From a virus, in the IMG/VR virus record IMGVR_UViG_3300003690_000003, positions 64,001 to 128,000 of that record: a stretch of 64,000 bases of DNA, one strand, 5' to 3'. The translations under genes and the position numbers were made by a program. Under the pieces are notes generated by a model. The model did not search any database and was not told where the DNA came from. It saw nothing but the letters and a program-made list of their open reading frames with translations. Positions 46,401 through 57,400 of the stretch are shown here, in pieces. Numbering within the stretch: position 1 is the stretch's first letter; every line of letters begins with the position of its first letter.

Positions 46401-47392
46401 GCGCCATTTACTACAGCTTCTAAATAATCAAAACCGAAATAAAGAGACAAATCATTATTTTCATTTTTCGAAAAATATAAAGGCGAAAGATAAGATGGTT
46501 TTTGTTTTCTAACTTTTTCTAAAGTTTTTAATCTATCGCGAACGGCCTTATTGGCGGTTGTCAAACCACTCAACTTATTAAAATCAAATGAATGTCTTTC
46601 TACTCTCGCAAGATTTCGCTGATCAACTATCTTAGAGTTAATAGTTTTCTGGACTCGGAGAAGATTTCCGGACTCTGAGCCGCCAGAGCCATCTCCAGTG
46701 CGCCAGCGCGCTCCCTGATCTTGGTGAACGTCGCCCACCCATAGGCTCAGGCTTGGATCATCAGAGGAAACACTTGCTGGATAAAACAGATTAGTTTCTA
46801 AGTTGACTATTGAGTTTTTAATGACCAGTTCAGAAACAGTTTTGCCAAATAAAACATCCGCTGGATCAATAACGCTGGTATCATTATCTTCATTTGTATC
46901 AACTATGGGTACCGCAAAAATACTTAAGTACGGAGGAGCGGCGCCGGGTACCTCAAATGATTTTCTAAAAAGCAAATCCGTACCGTACAGATCTCCATAC
47001 TGCTGCGCCTGTGTTGTAGAAAGGCCCGCACTTAGAGCAACGTCCCCTAAAACCGCTTCCTGAAGAGGATAAACTCCCCGCGAAACTTTACCGTTGTCCT
47101 GATTTGAGTTTAGAAAATCTTTAAGTTTCGTACGGTCAGCATATATCGATATTGCCAAAGCATCGTCACTAGTGACAACAACTAAAACATTTAACTTATT
47201 AAAAAATGACTCGCGAGTTCCTATTATAGAAGAATTGCTAGCAGCCGTAGTAAAATACTGCTTTAACACAAACTCCACATCTATCTTGAGCTTGTCGCCT
47301 CGATTATACAATGTAATATTTTTGATATAAACCGGAAATGTGTCTGGATCTTGACCGATAATGCTAAGACTATGTTCTGGGATATGTGCCAT
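43433..47392 (-). CDS. Large hypothetical virion-region protein with Ala-rich linker
   Basis: 1319-aa ORF coupled to upstream gene (TAATG). Confidence 0.7.
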   Translation of the reverse strand: MAHIPEHSLSIIGQDPDTFPVYIKNITLYNRGDKLKIDVEFVLKQYFTTAASNSSIIGTRESFFNKLNVLVVVTSDDALAISIYADRTKLKDFLNSNQDNGKVSRGVYPLQEAVLGDVALSAGLSTTQAQQYGDLYGTDLLFRKSFEVPGAAPPYLSIFAVPIVDTNEDNDTSVIDPADVLFGKTVSELVIKNSIVNLETNLFYPASVSSDDPSLSLWVGDVHQDQGARWRTGDGSGGSESGNLLRVQKTINSKIVDQRNLARVERHSFDFNKLSGLTTANKAVRDRLKTLEKVRKQKPSYLSPLYFSKNENNDLSLYFGFDYLEAVVNGAKYEALYNNVNDKLTSCNMESIRVIRRRVNKPNVFNKLTGGDSPLRLFDKRVEVVGEPQRMDYNTSTGVMQYQIRDNSIKDITTGLYEYGVEITIEDKSRDKILQILTKPDPADPGIDLLIVQLERFLSTSLLSGNYNITTNRYTPLFIEKIKSGEALEYIDPATGAPRDVDYGAVSDMGPIEQSLTTTAAVAQGAIQQYSAALQNIIDFGGQPAIGGMGVITGTEGQELVSQTLARDANIRARQFGGGVITIVVGAPWSIAVNKYLTAMGFFFGPQTLQEQMNLFIAVNPLITGPSGIEFLIRLLRDFSSSLRSAIGVTKGSTTSMTQAPAAPTTGGKKIFTIRQFFLESIDTDALRPYGLDFLNTKRLLSVGSTTDAAVGGTIKRLTFDQWGRLVANETGKNDGVTQQGAIFLTPNFLRIPGRKPLDIFSDNNTTKNAIEEAFYEILSANINKNSPITFASTPGLKATNPALQHTNTRLIQNQNGIMHFNNCVATVFQNTPQNPIKNVFNTPATTEDLSANAEKGLDVSNLFSLNSEFITEPEREAAAEALSGSAAINLLQPGAGGSTSNLATQLVANVSQISNYLTQGDFFNGKPNPIVPALTTLSAGNFFVGGAGLPQVQAQVEQGNMAASLASSPALSSPAFANPATTPLPPPAPSEMAFINEVSDGNIDPGNTALIAARYGFVYIVEYMHAYMLGGVGSIVTAPVWYPLTLSVVQAADTGNRSLMCRLKRHKTHLANFDGLKMPIYNELFVIGGEGAVLELPNPSPTQAVAITYGVPSNIAANIDSFSDSIEFANSYDTDTRVGTNPTAAVAYAAQQAAAARATAAAAAQAQQAAAAAAAAAAAEATRVAAAAAATTTAAATMTTTTTGYAAAQQQAPTTPGPPPSLTGPERVQVYIAFYRWYKELLPNGKRRWQAGSHRPIAWPPPRSANSDRDRGVRTLKQLWFGWHTMPRRRNVITIYENQTGITIPTRVFEQNDNGQDY

Positions 47393-48429
47393 TATTCACA
47401 GATATCCTCTTCTGGTGCATAAAGATCGCGAATGAAATACTCTCTGGTACTTATAACACTAGATCCGGGAGCTGTTCCAAGCGCCGAGAAGTCTTCTATA
47501 TTTGCCTGTCGCAACAAGTCATTACTTATTTCATTATCGACTTCTAGCGTTAAATAATATGGCACTTCTGTATTTGTATGAATAGCCGCCGAATCATCAT
47601 TAAATTTCAAGGGCAATAAGTTGCCAAACAAGGTGCTACTAGATAAATAAACTTCAATATCAAAGTTCTCTTTATTAAAATCTACGTTCTTTTCAGTTAT
47701 TTGAATAATCAAATCTTCTGGGCTAATAACTACATAGGTTCCATCTGGTTTAATAGTTGTCGTTATCGCTTGAATATTGTGTACATTGTGTTGTTGGGTC
47801 AGCGCTTCGTCTGTATATTCAGGACTATCCGCGAGGGCTGGGGACCAATCTTCTATCGCTGCAGCATACGTTCTATATTTGATAGCAATATCAATTTGAG
47901 GAATCTTTTCTATTCCGGCGGAGCTCGTATAAAAAGAAAGTGATGACGAGATCTCGCCGTGGCGCGCCGTTACTGCCCATGCTGGCTGTTTGTTAGAGTT
48001 GAGCCTCGATCTTCCTAATGGTTTTGTAAAAAAATCAATCCTATCTTGAACATATTGTAGTTCTTGGCGATTATAGATTGCACCTGGATCCATGAATAAA
48101 GGATCGTCAAGAAGGGTGCGGTCTTCTTTAAATATGGCACGAATAATCGCTGCGCTAGCACTTTGAGCCGTCTGGATACCAGTAAATACATTTAAGGTTT
48201 TAGTGGAGGGAGTATCATCTTGAATCCTTGGCTCTATACTATTTTGGCCTTCAGTTACAGTAACTTGTGTACTAGTATTATCCCCCCCCGTAAACGCAGA
48301 GTTGTATATTATACCTTCATCAAAAAAAGCATAATAAGCCGGCTTAAAAACGCCCTTGGAAAGCTTATATCTTCCATATGGGGTTAGCTTTACTTCTAAA
48401 ACTTCTTGCTTTTTATTAAAAAACTCCAT
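47392..48429 (-). CDS. Baseplate-associated structural protein
   Basis: N-terminal LTPYGRYKLSKG.FK...F.D..I.Y resembles LTDTGRMRLAKG...FK...DDEINY of 38792-39755. Confidence 0.65.
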   Translation of the reverse strand: MEFFNKKQEVLEVKLTPYGRYKLSKGVFKPAYYAFFDEGIIYNSAFTGGDNTSTQVTVTEGQNSIEPRIQDDTPSTKTLNVFTGIQTAQSASAAIIRAIFKEDRTLLDDPLFMDPGAIYNRQELQYVQDRIDFFTKPLGRSRLNSNKQPAWAVTARHGEISSSLSFYTSSAGIEKIPQIDIAIKYRTYAAAIEDWSPALADSPEYTDEALTQQHNVHNIQAITTTIKPDGTYVVISPEDLIIQITEKNVDFNKENFDIEVYLSSSTLFGNLLPLKFNDDSAAIHTNTEVPYYLTLEVDNEISNDLLRQANIEDFSALGTAPGSSVISTREYFIRDLYAPEEDICE

Positions 48430-48438
48430 TAATCTTTC

Positions 48439-51400
48439 TTACCCTAGAAGGTTCAAGGCTCCTTGTGCTGCGTCGGCGGCAGCCTGATCAGCCAGGTCCT
48501 GCGCCGCTTCGACATCCTCAACCGATTCGCTGGAGGCATACTGTATTCCCATATCCATCTTAACTAGCTCCACAAGAGAGAAATAATCGTATGGCCAGTT
48601 GTAAGTATAAGGAGAATCAATGCTATTTGGAACTGTTGATAAATCATCAGTAAGCCCCGTTGCTTTATATTTGTTATAGTTACTCTTCGCTCTTCGTTTT
48701 ACCTTAAATACCATCCAACGCATGTGCTCGCTAATCTGTCTCTGGTCACTATCGAAAAAGTCTTCTGCCAATAAGGAATGTTGGATTGTTGCCTCTCTAG
48801 CTTGTAGTGATTCTCCGCTAGTCTCAGGAGGTAAGTTTTGCCATATATCGGCTAAATCTTGTTGGGAAAACTTCTTTGTAAACTCAAAAACAAACATCAC
48901 AAACGGATCGATTGTTTCTCGGCCCGTTTCGGTTGTTACAAAATCAAATTTTGGAGGGAACACATAGTCTTTCAAAGCTTTACAAATCTTTAGGACGTCA
49001 GGTTTCACTTGGACTTGAGTTTGCTGACCGGCAAGAATACGAATGGCGCCGTTTCTTTGGTGCTTGCTGAATCTATAGAACTTTCTGCGGCCGTCGAGGG
49101 CAATAGTAAATGGTACCGCTACGACCGCTTCGGATACCACTTTTGCATCGGTTATGGAGCCAATCCGCTTTACGACCGGAGAAAAACCAACTACATCTAG
49201 CAAAGATTGAACATTGTAATTTGCGTCGCCATTTGGTGAACTCTCGATGTGGCCTGGATCGGTTAAAGAGATAAAAATCCCCTCTCTCCCTTGACAGATG
49301 GCCCCCTTCTGATGCCACATCCCCTTGGTCGCTAAAAGGTCGCCGCTGTGAGCGGCCGCAGTCGGAGTGAGCGGCGTCGATGCTGACACGGCAGCAAAAT
49401 TCAACACTGGCGTCTCAAACTTAGTTTGTATAAGCCATCGTTTTGTCGCGGTGGTCGTGTTGGCTATAATAGCGGTTACCTCTCTTGTCAAATCCACACT
49501 TGCACTAATCTGCATCGCCGCAAAGCGTTGTTTGGCGTCAGGGTCGTTCAGAAAAATCGTATTTGTGCTCGCGTCAGGGCTTAAATATTCCCCAGACCTC
49601 TGGTAAGTTATCTCGCTATTAGAAAAAATATCAGCCAGCATAGGCTTCCCATCATATTGCGGTTTAAAAAGAATCGTTGCAACAGCCTCACCATCATAAT
49701 AGGGAGGCGTTACGTGAACCCACGAAGGAATGTTGGCCGTTCCTTCGAAGCTGGCAGACATCGGCCGTCCAAACCCGCTAGCACGATTATACATAGTAAA
49801 AATAGTCGTATCCGCAACTTGTTTAGAAAGTTGAGTTTGCGCTGGGCTGGCGGCGCCAATGATAGATTGTTGAGTGCGGTTCAAGCTCACTTTCATGCCA
49901 TAAACAGAACCAGATTTAACCTCTCTAAATTGATCTTCGCGGGAAGATTTAAATGATTTTAAACCAGTCTGGAAAAAGTCTACCGTCTCACAGACAAAAT
50001 TATCTATAGCCAGTTCATAATTTTTAAGGCCATCTCCTGGCCATCTAACAGCATTCATACAGTTTGCCAACGTCGGATTGGTGGGATTACTAGCTAGGTG
50101 ACCATAACTAGAAGAAATACTTCCCGAGCCCACTCCCCGATCAAATATATATCCTGCATTAAAGTTATCGTAGTTAGCAGCAGGGTTCGGGTCGTCGGCG
50201 GCGGGGACCTGAATGGGGGCGAGGATCCTAGTGCTCATATGCTGCACTGGATGTAGAAGCGCTTCAAAAGGAAGCTTGTGCATATAATAATAATATCCAG
50301 TTTCATCGACCAGGGTCGAGTAAGACGCCGAGGGGTTTAATGGAAGAAGACCTTTCCATCCATAGTATTCCCCAAAATCATCTGAACCGGCGCGAGGACA
50401 GTTCGCCCCGCCGATCTGTTTCGTCTGAGACCGAGCTGAGTATTGAACATCGCGGCCGACGGTATGGCCGAGATAATCTCTGATATAGCCATCCCAAATG
50501 CTCCGAAGGATATAGTTGGAAACGCCAATTCCTGATTTAATCGTATTATACAAGATTCCCGGGCCGGCTAAGGGCTCAACAAAGGCACGAAATGCTGCTT
50601 TCGTCTCCATAAAATCAGACGTTATCCGGCCTCCACCCCTCTTGGGGAGACGACTACCCCCGGCCCAATCTGGACTAGTAGCCTCGTCGTCATTACCGCA
50701 GGCAGCCGCAGTACACTTCATAAACGGTCCATATGAAGATGAAAGTCCCTTGTAAGGCAAGAACTTAACTAACCCGGAGCATCGCAAAGCTAGCTTGTCT
50801 TTCTTCATAATATCGCCATTGACAAGAGATTTGTTATCGTAAGTCTCATCGACTACACTAAAAAATCTCATAAAATCAGAGTTGGAATAAACCTTGAAAA
50901 AATTATTCTCGGAGCTATCAGCTATAGAGGAACCAGTTAAGTCTAAAAAGCTATTATTGGGGGCCCAAAAGTCTTCAGCCGCCGTATTCAGATAATAATC
51001 CATCTGTTCACTAATTCTAAACTCGGGAACTATAGAATAATCTTTACCAATAAGTCTCAAATTCTCACAATATTGATCATAAGTTAAATAAGGCTTTTTG
51101 CCGGCTTGTTCGGCAACCTGGTATTCGGCATCGCCTGGAAAGTTTGCTCTGGGGTTATTGGTATTAAAAGATGTGGGGGCTCCACCGTCACCGGCTGCGC
51201 CGGAGATACCAATCATACATCTTTGAGTGTACATACAACTGGCGGTAATATTTCCTTCACCCCACTGATCAAATCCAGAAAAACAATTTTGAAGAAGCCC
51301 AGAGCCACTAAGGGGATTCGAAGATAAGGTATCTTGAAAGTTTGTATCAGCTGTAGTGCCCGGGCTAGGATAGCCATGACCATCGAGAGGCCAAATACTG

Positions 51401-54400
51401 GCATTTAAGGCAGCGCCCGTAGGCGACATAGGAAGATCCACTTGACTACCGGCATATCCGCGTAGAGTGCGATTATTATTCCATATATTACTAATAGAAT
51501 AGTTTACTCTCCGACGATTTCTATTAAGACCGGCATTCTTAGCTGCGGGATAAACTGTTTGTTTGTAGTTTACAAGTACTTTGTCTATATTTTCGAAAGG
51601 AGAGTTCTCAGTATTTCCAGCGGTATCTTTAAGAAGAAGCTCATTTAGACGATTGAAATACAAATCTCCTCTCTTAGTGTCGAGTTTGAGATTATATCTA
51701 TTTGTGAGTTCAATGTTTGCAAAGTAATCTACTTTATTAGCAAATGAATGATTATAAATCAATGACTGATCGATAAACGTTACATTTCTATCATTATCGA
51801 CCACTCTATTGGTGGAAACAAGAGTGTGAGTCATTACTTTGTGCTGGCTCCCTATAGGAGGTTCTATATAACTAACAATCTCGTTGCCTTTAAGACCGCG
51901 GACGCCAGTGGCCCGGTTTACTATAGTCGGGAGTGTTCTTACAGTTAGGCGGTTGTTCTTTCTTTGTTCTCGCACTAATGGGTGTGAGTGTGGGCCCGCT
52001 TGGATTTGTCGGAATGTAGGCCAGCCATAAGGGCCGTTGCGGTGAAGCATGAGAGCGTTGAACATCTGCGCAGTGCCGGCGCCTTGGCCATAGGTGCCAG
52101 CAGCGGCTTCTCCAGTACCATCGTAAATAAACCCCTCAATATATCCAAAATCTTCAGCATTCCTATTGGCATATTGCGTCTCGATCGCATCGGACTGGGA
52201 CGGGTAAAATAGTTTTACGCGCTGCTGTCCATTAAGTGTAGATAAAATATCCGTGTTTAAAGGAAATCCTAAAGTATTTTGGGACGCAGTAAGCGGATCC
52301 TTAAGAACAGTATTCAGACCCGCAAAATTTGGTCCATAAAACGGATATCCGCCGGCAGCTACGGTCTTTCGTGTAGCGCCCCATCGGTACAGGGGGAACC
52401 ACAGCGGATATGCCCCACCGGCCGGGCCCCTGACCGTGCAGCCAAAATCACTTGCCGAAACAAACTGATCTTCTAGTTTGTAATGGAAAGGTCCATCATA
52501 TCTTGAACCGTCGATAGAAAGATCTGAAGCCACTGCTCCATTAACAGTACCATTGTGACCACCAATCTGATCGATTATCATCGTAGCCGAATCACCCCTT
52601 CCATCGCCCATGCGATACCAAGAGAGCAGACTGGCGGCCGCGCTGTGTTGTTTAAAATTCTTTGCTGTACCATTGTTATATGCCTCTTCGGCCTGGTTTG
52701 CTGATAGTTCAGTGTTCCAAATAGCCACTTCATCGATGTTGCCATCAAAGTAGCCGCCAGGGGCATCAAGTTCGACTCCTATGGTGCCGTTCTCGGTGGC
52801 GATGGCCGCGGGGTTATCCAGCTGGAAGCCGGCACTTGTAGTACGATCGACGCCGTCGAGATACAGTTTCATACCGCCGAGAGAGACCCCTGCAGGATCG
52901 CCCCCCTCAAAGGTTGCCACGACATGGTGCCACTGATTATCATTTAAGTACGCAGTACCCGTCTTAATACGCCCGTTGCTGTCGCTACCATCAATTTGGA
53001 ATCTAATCCCGTCGCTAGAGTTGGTATAAAGAGCACGACCATAAATACCAAAATGTATTAACTGCTGATAGCTGCTCCAGTCCGCGGAATTAAACCACAA
53101 AGAAATCGAAAATGGCTTAGCGCTGGTGCCGCTTCCGCCAATAAGACTGTTCCAGGTAACGGCTGTTCCAATATCAATATAATCATTTGTATCATCAAAA
53201 AACATCGATGAACTGTTCTGAAGATATGCATAGCTTGTTAGACCATCATATCCATAAACCTTCGCGGTAGGAAGGAGTGAACCTGTAATCCATGCATATT
53301 GTCTATCGCTCTGCGGGATTTGATGAGTTACGTAAGCATTGTCATAGGTGTTGGTTTGATAGGTCGGCCATGAAACTCCTCCGGCGGCGAGGGCTTCGAA
53401 GCGCTTAGGAGCATGGGCGTGCTGAAGCACCAAGTCAGTTGCTAGCGAAGCGCTTGCGGCACTACTGCCAATAAGGCCCATTTGATTATCAACGGAAGCG
53501 TTTGTATCGCCGGCGTAGGAGTTGAAACGATACCACGCTTGCAGACTCGTTGGAAGCGTCTCCTTGATATTAACAACAACTCCATTATTATATAAACTCT
53601 TCACTTCGGCTGCAGCCAGGACCTTTGACCAAACCGCAAAATTGCTAATATAAGCGTTGGTATTCGCGGTTCCGCTATCTCTACTCCCAATAGTTAGGCC
53701 TTTTATAATCTGGCCAGAAGTACTCGAATTAGCTACGGTATCATTATCATTGACCCCATTAAGATAAATTGTGGCAGTTTCATCGCCGCCGTTGTCGCTC
53801 CCCCCGTTATAGGTTATAACCACATGATACCACCGATTGGTGGTAAGTGCTGTAGCGTTCAGGACGGTGACGCCTGAACTGTTGTTGCCAAAAAACTTTA
53901 AGAGACCGGTCGAATAAATATTCATATATCTCTGTACACCAAATGCCCAAACCTTGCTGCTGCTCCCGGGGAGAGTCGGAAGCCGCAGCCACAGAGAAAC
54001 ACTAAATGGCAATGCAGCGTTGCCCAAGCCACCTACAAGAGATGTCCAATCACTGGCGATGCCGGCCTCTACATAGCTTGTAGAACCATTGAAATAGCCA
54101 GCCCCCACAGGCGCCTCTTTGATCACACGCTTCGGATTTCGGTTCATCTTATTCCATGAGGGGAGGTTGGAATAAGCAACCTGAGTCAAACCATACTTGC
54201 GGATCCCCGAAGCCGAGCTGCTGGCCGCAACGCCGACTTCCACGCCAAAGCGACCAGAATGTAAAGTAGACCGCTGGTTGAGTCCGCGCGCATAATCAAT
54301 CTGATCTACAACATGGATTGTACCGGATATGCTAGGATCGCCCGGAACCGAGCCGGTGCGTCCATAGTCTATAACTCCACGGTTGCGCCAAGGAAGTGCG

Positions 54401-57400
54401 TTATATACTGACTTCTCTTCGTGAGCGGGATCCATATAGCCGCGAGATGAGACATCCCAGCCACCAGGAGCATTAAACCTGTTAACTATAATAGACTGGT
54501 TAGAGTTTGCGCCGGTACGCGTAGGAAGGGTATATTCTAAGTTGCCCCCCACATTTTGTGTAAGATTTCCAAAGGAAGGAGAGGTCTTTTGTATAGCACT
54601 AGCTGGGAGGCTCTCAGGGGTTCCATTATGAGCGCCCACCTCATCGATCAGCGAGTTTACACCAAGACTGTAGCTCGTTGAACCATCGGTGGCGTCATTG
54701 GCATTATCTCCGAGTTTCCACCAAGATATAAGATTTCCACTGGCGGCGGCAACAGTCTGTTTCAAATTAAGGCGCGCACCGTTATTATATATTTCGGTAA
54801 CATGATCTTGAGAAAGTTCTTTTCTCCAAACGGCAGCATCACATATATGACCGAGCCATTCATCCTGAACACCGGTGCCGCGGGCGCCTATAAAACATTC
54901 CATGCCGCTGATTTCAAGCGGAGCGCTAACAGTGTCTACCAGGTTGGTATCCAGTGTGCCATTAACATATAATTTTTGTGCACCGGTGGTGTCGCCCTCA
55001 AATGTGGCCACAATATGCATCCACACTCCCGTTGTAATCGTACTTGTATTTACTTTACCCGTATCGACGCTGCCAGCAATAGTAAACTCAAAGCGGCCCG
55101 AGTCGCCAGTATCCCAATAAAGACGTCTATCTGAATTTGAAAAATCAAAAATGCGGTCATTGTCACTAATACTAGGATCTACTTTTACCCACGCTGAAAG
55201 GCTGAATGCTTTCGCGCTGCCCCCGGCGCCGCCAATCTCCGCTGCCCAAACCGTGTCCGCCCCAATCAAAACCCTATCGTCGGTGGTCTCACCCCCAAAA
55301 TATACCGAATGAACTTCAGGAGTCTGCAGCGGGAATCGACCTCTCGTGGCCAAAGTCTCAGGATACAACGCAAAGTCAAACGACTGATCTTGGAAGAACG
55401 GATCATTAATGCTTCTTCCAGCGGTTTGTATAATCTGGTAGTTCTTCTGATAGTTTCCTATCCTGCTATGCATTATTGTCCCGGACATTCTCTGGTTCAG
55501 AGAACCGGTTGTCATCAAGATATTCTTGATATTAACTGGACGTTTGGTGCCAACATTCCTCTTAAGATTGGCTTTTGGTCGATTAAATAAGTATGGAGGG
55601 CTTACTGCCGGCGAATCTTCTTGTGGGTATTGAGGGCCTACAATACCGAGGGCGCCCACCTCGGCGTCGGTGGCGGGAGGAAAGATCCGGCCACCGGTCC
55701 AAAGTCCTAATAGAAGCTTAAATCCTTCTGCGCGGTCGTCGGCGTTATCTAAACCACCACCGAGGGGATCGCCCTCCCGATGTGGCCTTGAACTAGAAAC
55801 ATTAAGCTCAATATGACGGTGTTCGCGGCCTCCTACAAACTTCTCAGTAAAAGGTCCCTGCATTGGAACTTCATAGTCGGGCCCATAAACATCGGTATGT
55901 AGATTGGTTAACTGTACGCTTCCTGTAAATCGATTAACTATTTGGAGATTGTAACCGGTGTTAACTGATGAACTATATAAACTAAACGGCGCTATTAATT
56001 GACCGTCATTGGTTGTAAAATATGGAGAATTGGCGGGCTCTTTGTTGATAAATCCCATACCAAAGCCGAGTCTTCTCTTAACTCCCGGGTTTAAATTATC
56101 GGAAATATTTTGCCATTTCTCAACATCGTCTCCAAAAGCTAGCATTATATTAGCAGGAATATTGGTACCAGGAACTCTTGGGCCGGCTGGATATGTTGCT
56201 GCATAAACCACGTCACGCTGTTTTTTGCGAGTATAGTTTACGCCACTACGAATAGTCCGCAGCTTCTTAAAACTATTCTCTATAGTAAATCTATAAGGGG
56301 TCGATTTTTTTCTATTACGAACAGACTCTGTTGTCTTAAGAACCATAGTCCGGCTATGATTGACGCTTGCAACTGAAGAACTAACAGGATTTAATGTCGT
56401 TCCCTCCATACCGGCATATTTTGGATACCTCTCTGCCATCTGCAGCCAATAAGTTGCATTAACACTTTGTGAGAGTACTGTGGGGGGAGGCCCTGTGATA
56501 GGGGTGAGTATCGGATGGTGAGCGTACTTCCAGCCCGGGCTTAATGGAAGCACCGTTAAGAGAGGCCCGATGGGATCCGAGGGCTTCATTTCTAAAGTGG
56601 GGAACTTGTGTTGATATTTATCGCGCGCTAGTATGTGATTTTCCACCATTATTCGAATGCCATCTGCAAAATCTGCAGATGCCGGTACCAACTGTTCAAT
56701 CATCTTACCCAAAGAAGTATCAAACCATTTATAAAACTCAATATATTTATCTAAATCGGGTGTATTCTCAACGCGTTCAAAAAATAGCTCTCTCAGCTTT
56801 CCTAACCGTTTATATTGAGGACGATATTTATTAACTGGCTCTCCAATAAGATTGTTAAAATCGACAATGGAACCAAATATATTAAGCATTTCCTCTGAAA
56901 TGGTTTGATACATGCTCTTTTCGAATGCAAAAAAGAAAGTAATTGGACGTGATTCCCGTGTAAACTCAAGATCGTCTTGCGTGGTCAATACTTTAATCAT
57001 GTCTTGAGCATAAAGATTCTCGGGCAAATTCTGTTTTGCCGAAACTAAGTAATCTACGTCTACCACTTTAACAGAACTAACCGGGAATCCGTAACCTCGG
57101 CCGGTATGTTGAGCATTTAATATATTCCCTAATGCCCCGTAACGAGTAGTTTGAAGTGCTGTTGAACCAGAAGAAAAGTCTGCCACCACAAACTCTCCAG
57201 AAGCATCTGAGCCGGTTACCTGTTCAAAATCCCAGTTTAGTGCCAAAGTTTCTATTTGTGGAACTTCGAAATTGTTTTTACCATCCTGGAACACATAGGC
57301 ACTTCTGTAGGGATGCAGCGCGCCATAGTTTTTAACATCTCTTGCGTGGGCTTTAATCGCATCATTCTCTAAATAATCCAGCCAATATCTGCATGCTGCC

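Noticed and set aside
50730-50770. Possible short in-frame deletion at KFLPYKG/LSSSYG in the giant protein
   Set aside because: Only an impression; cannot be supported without a homolog alignment
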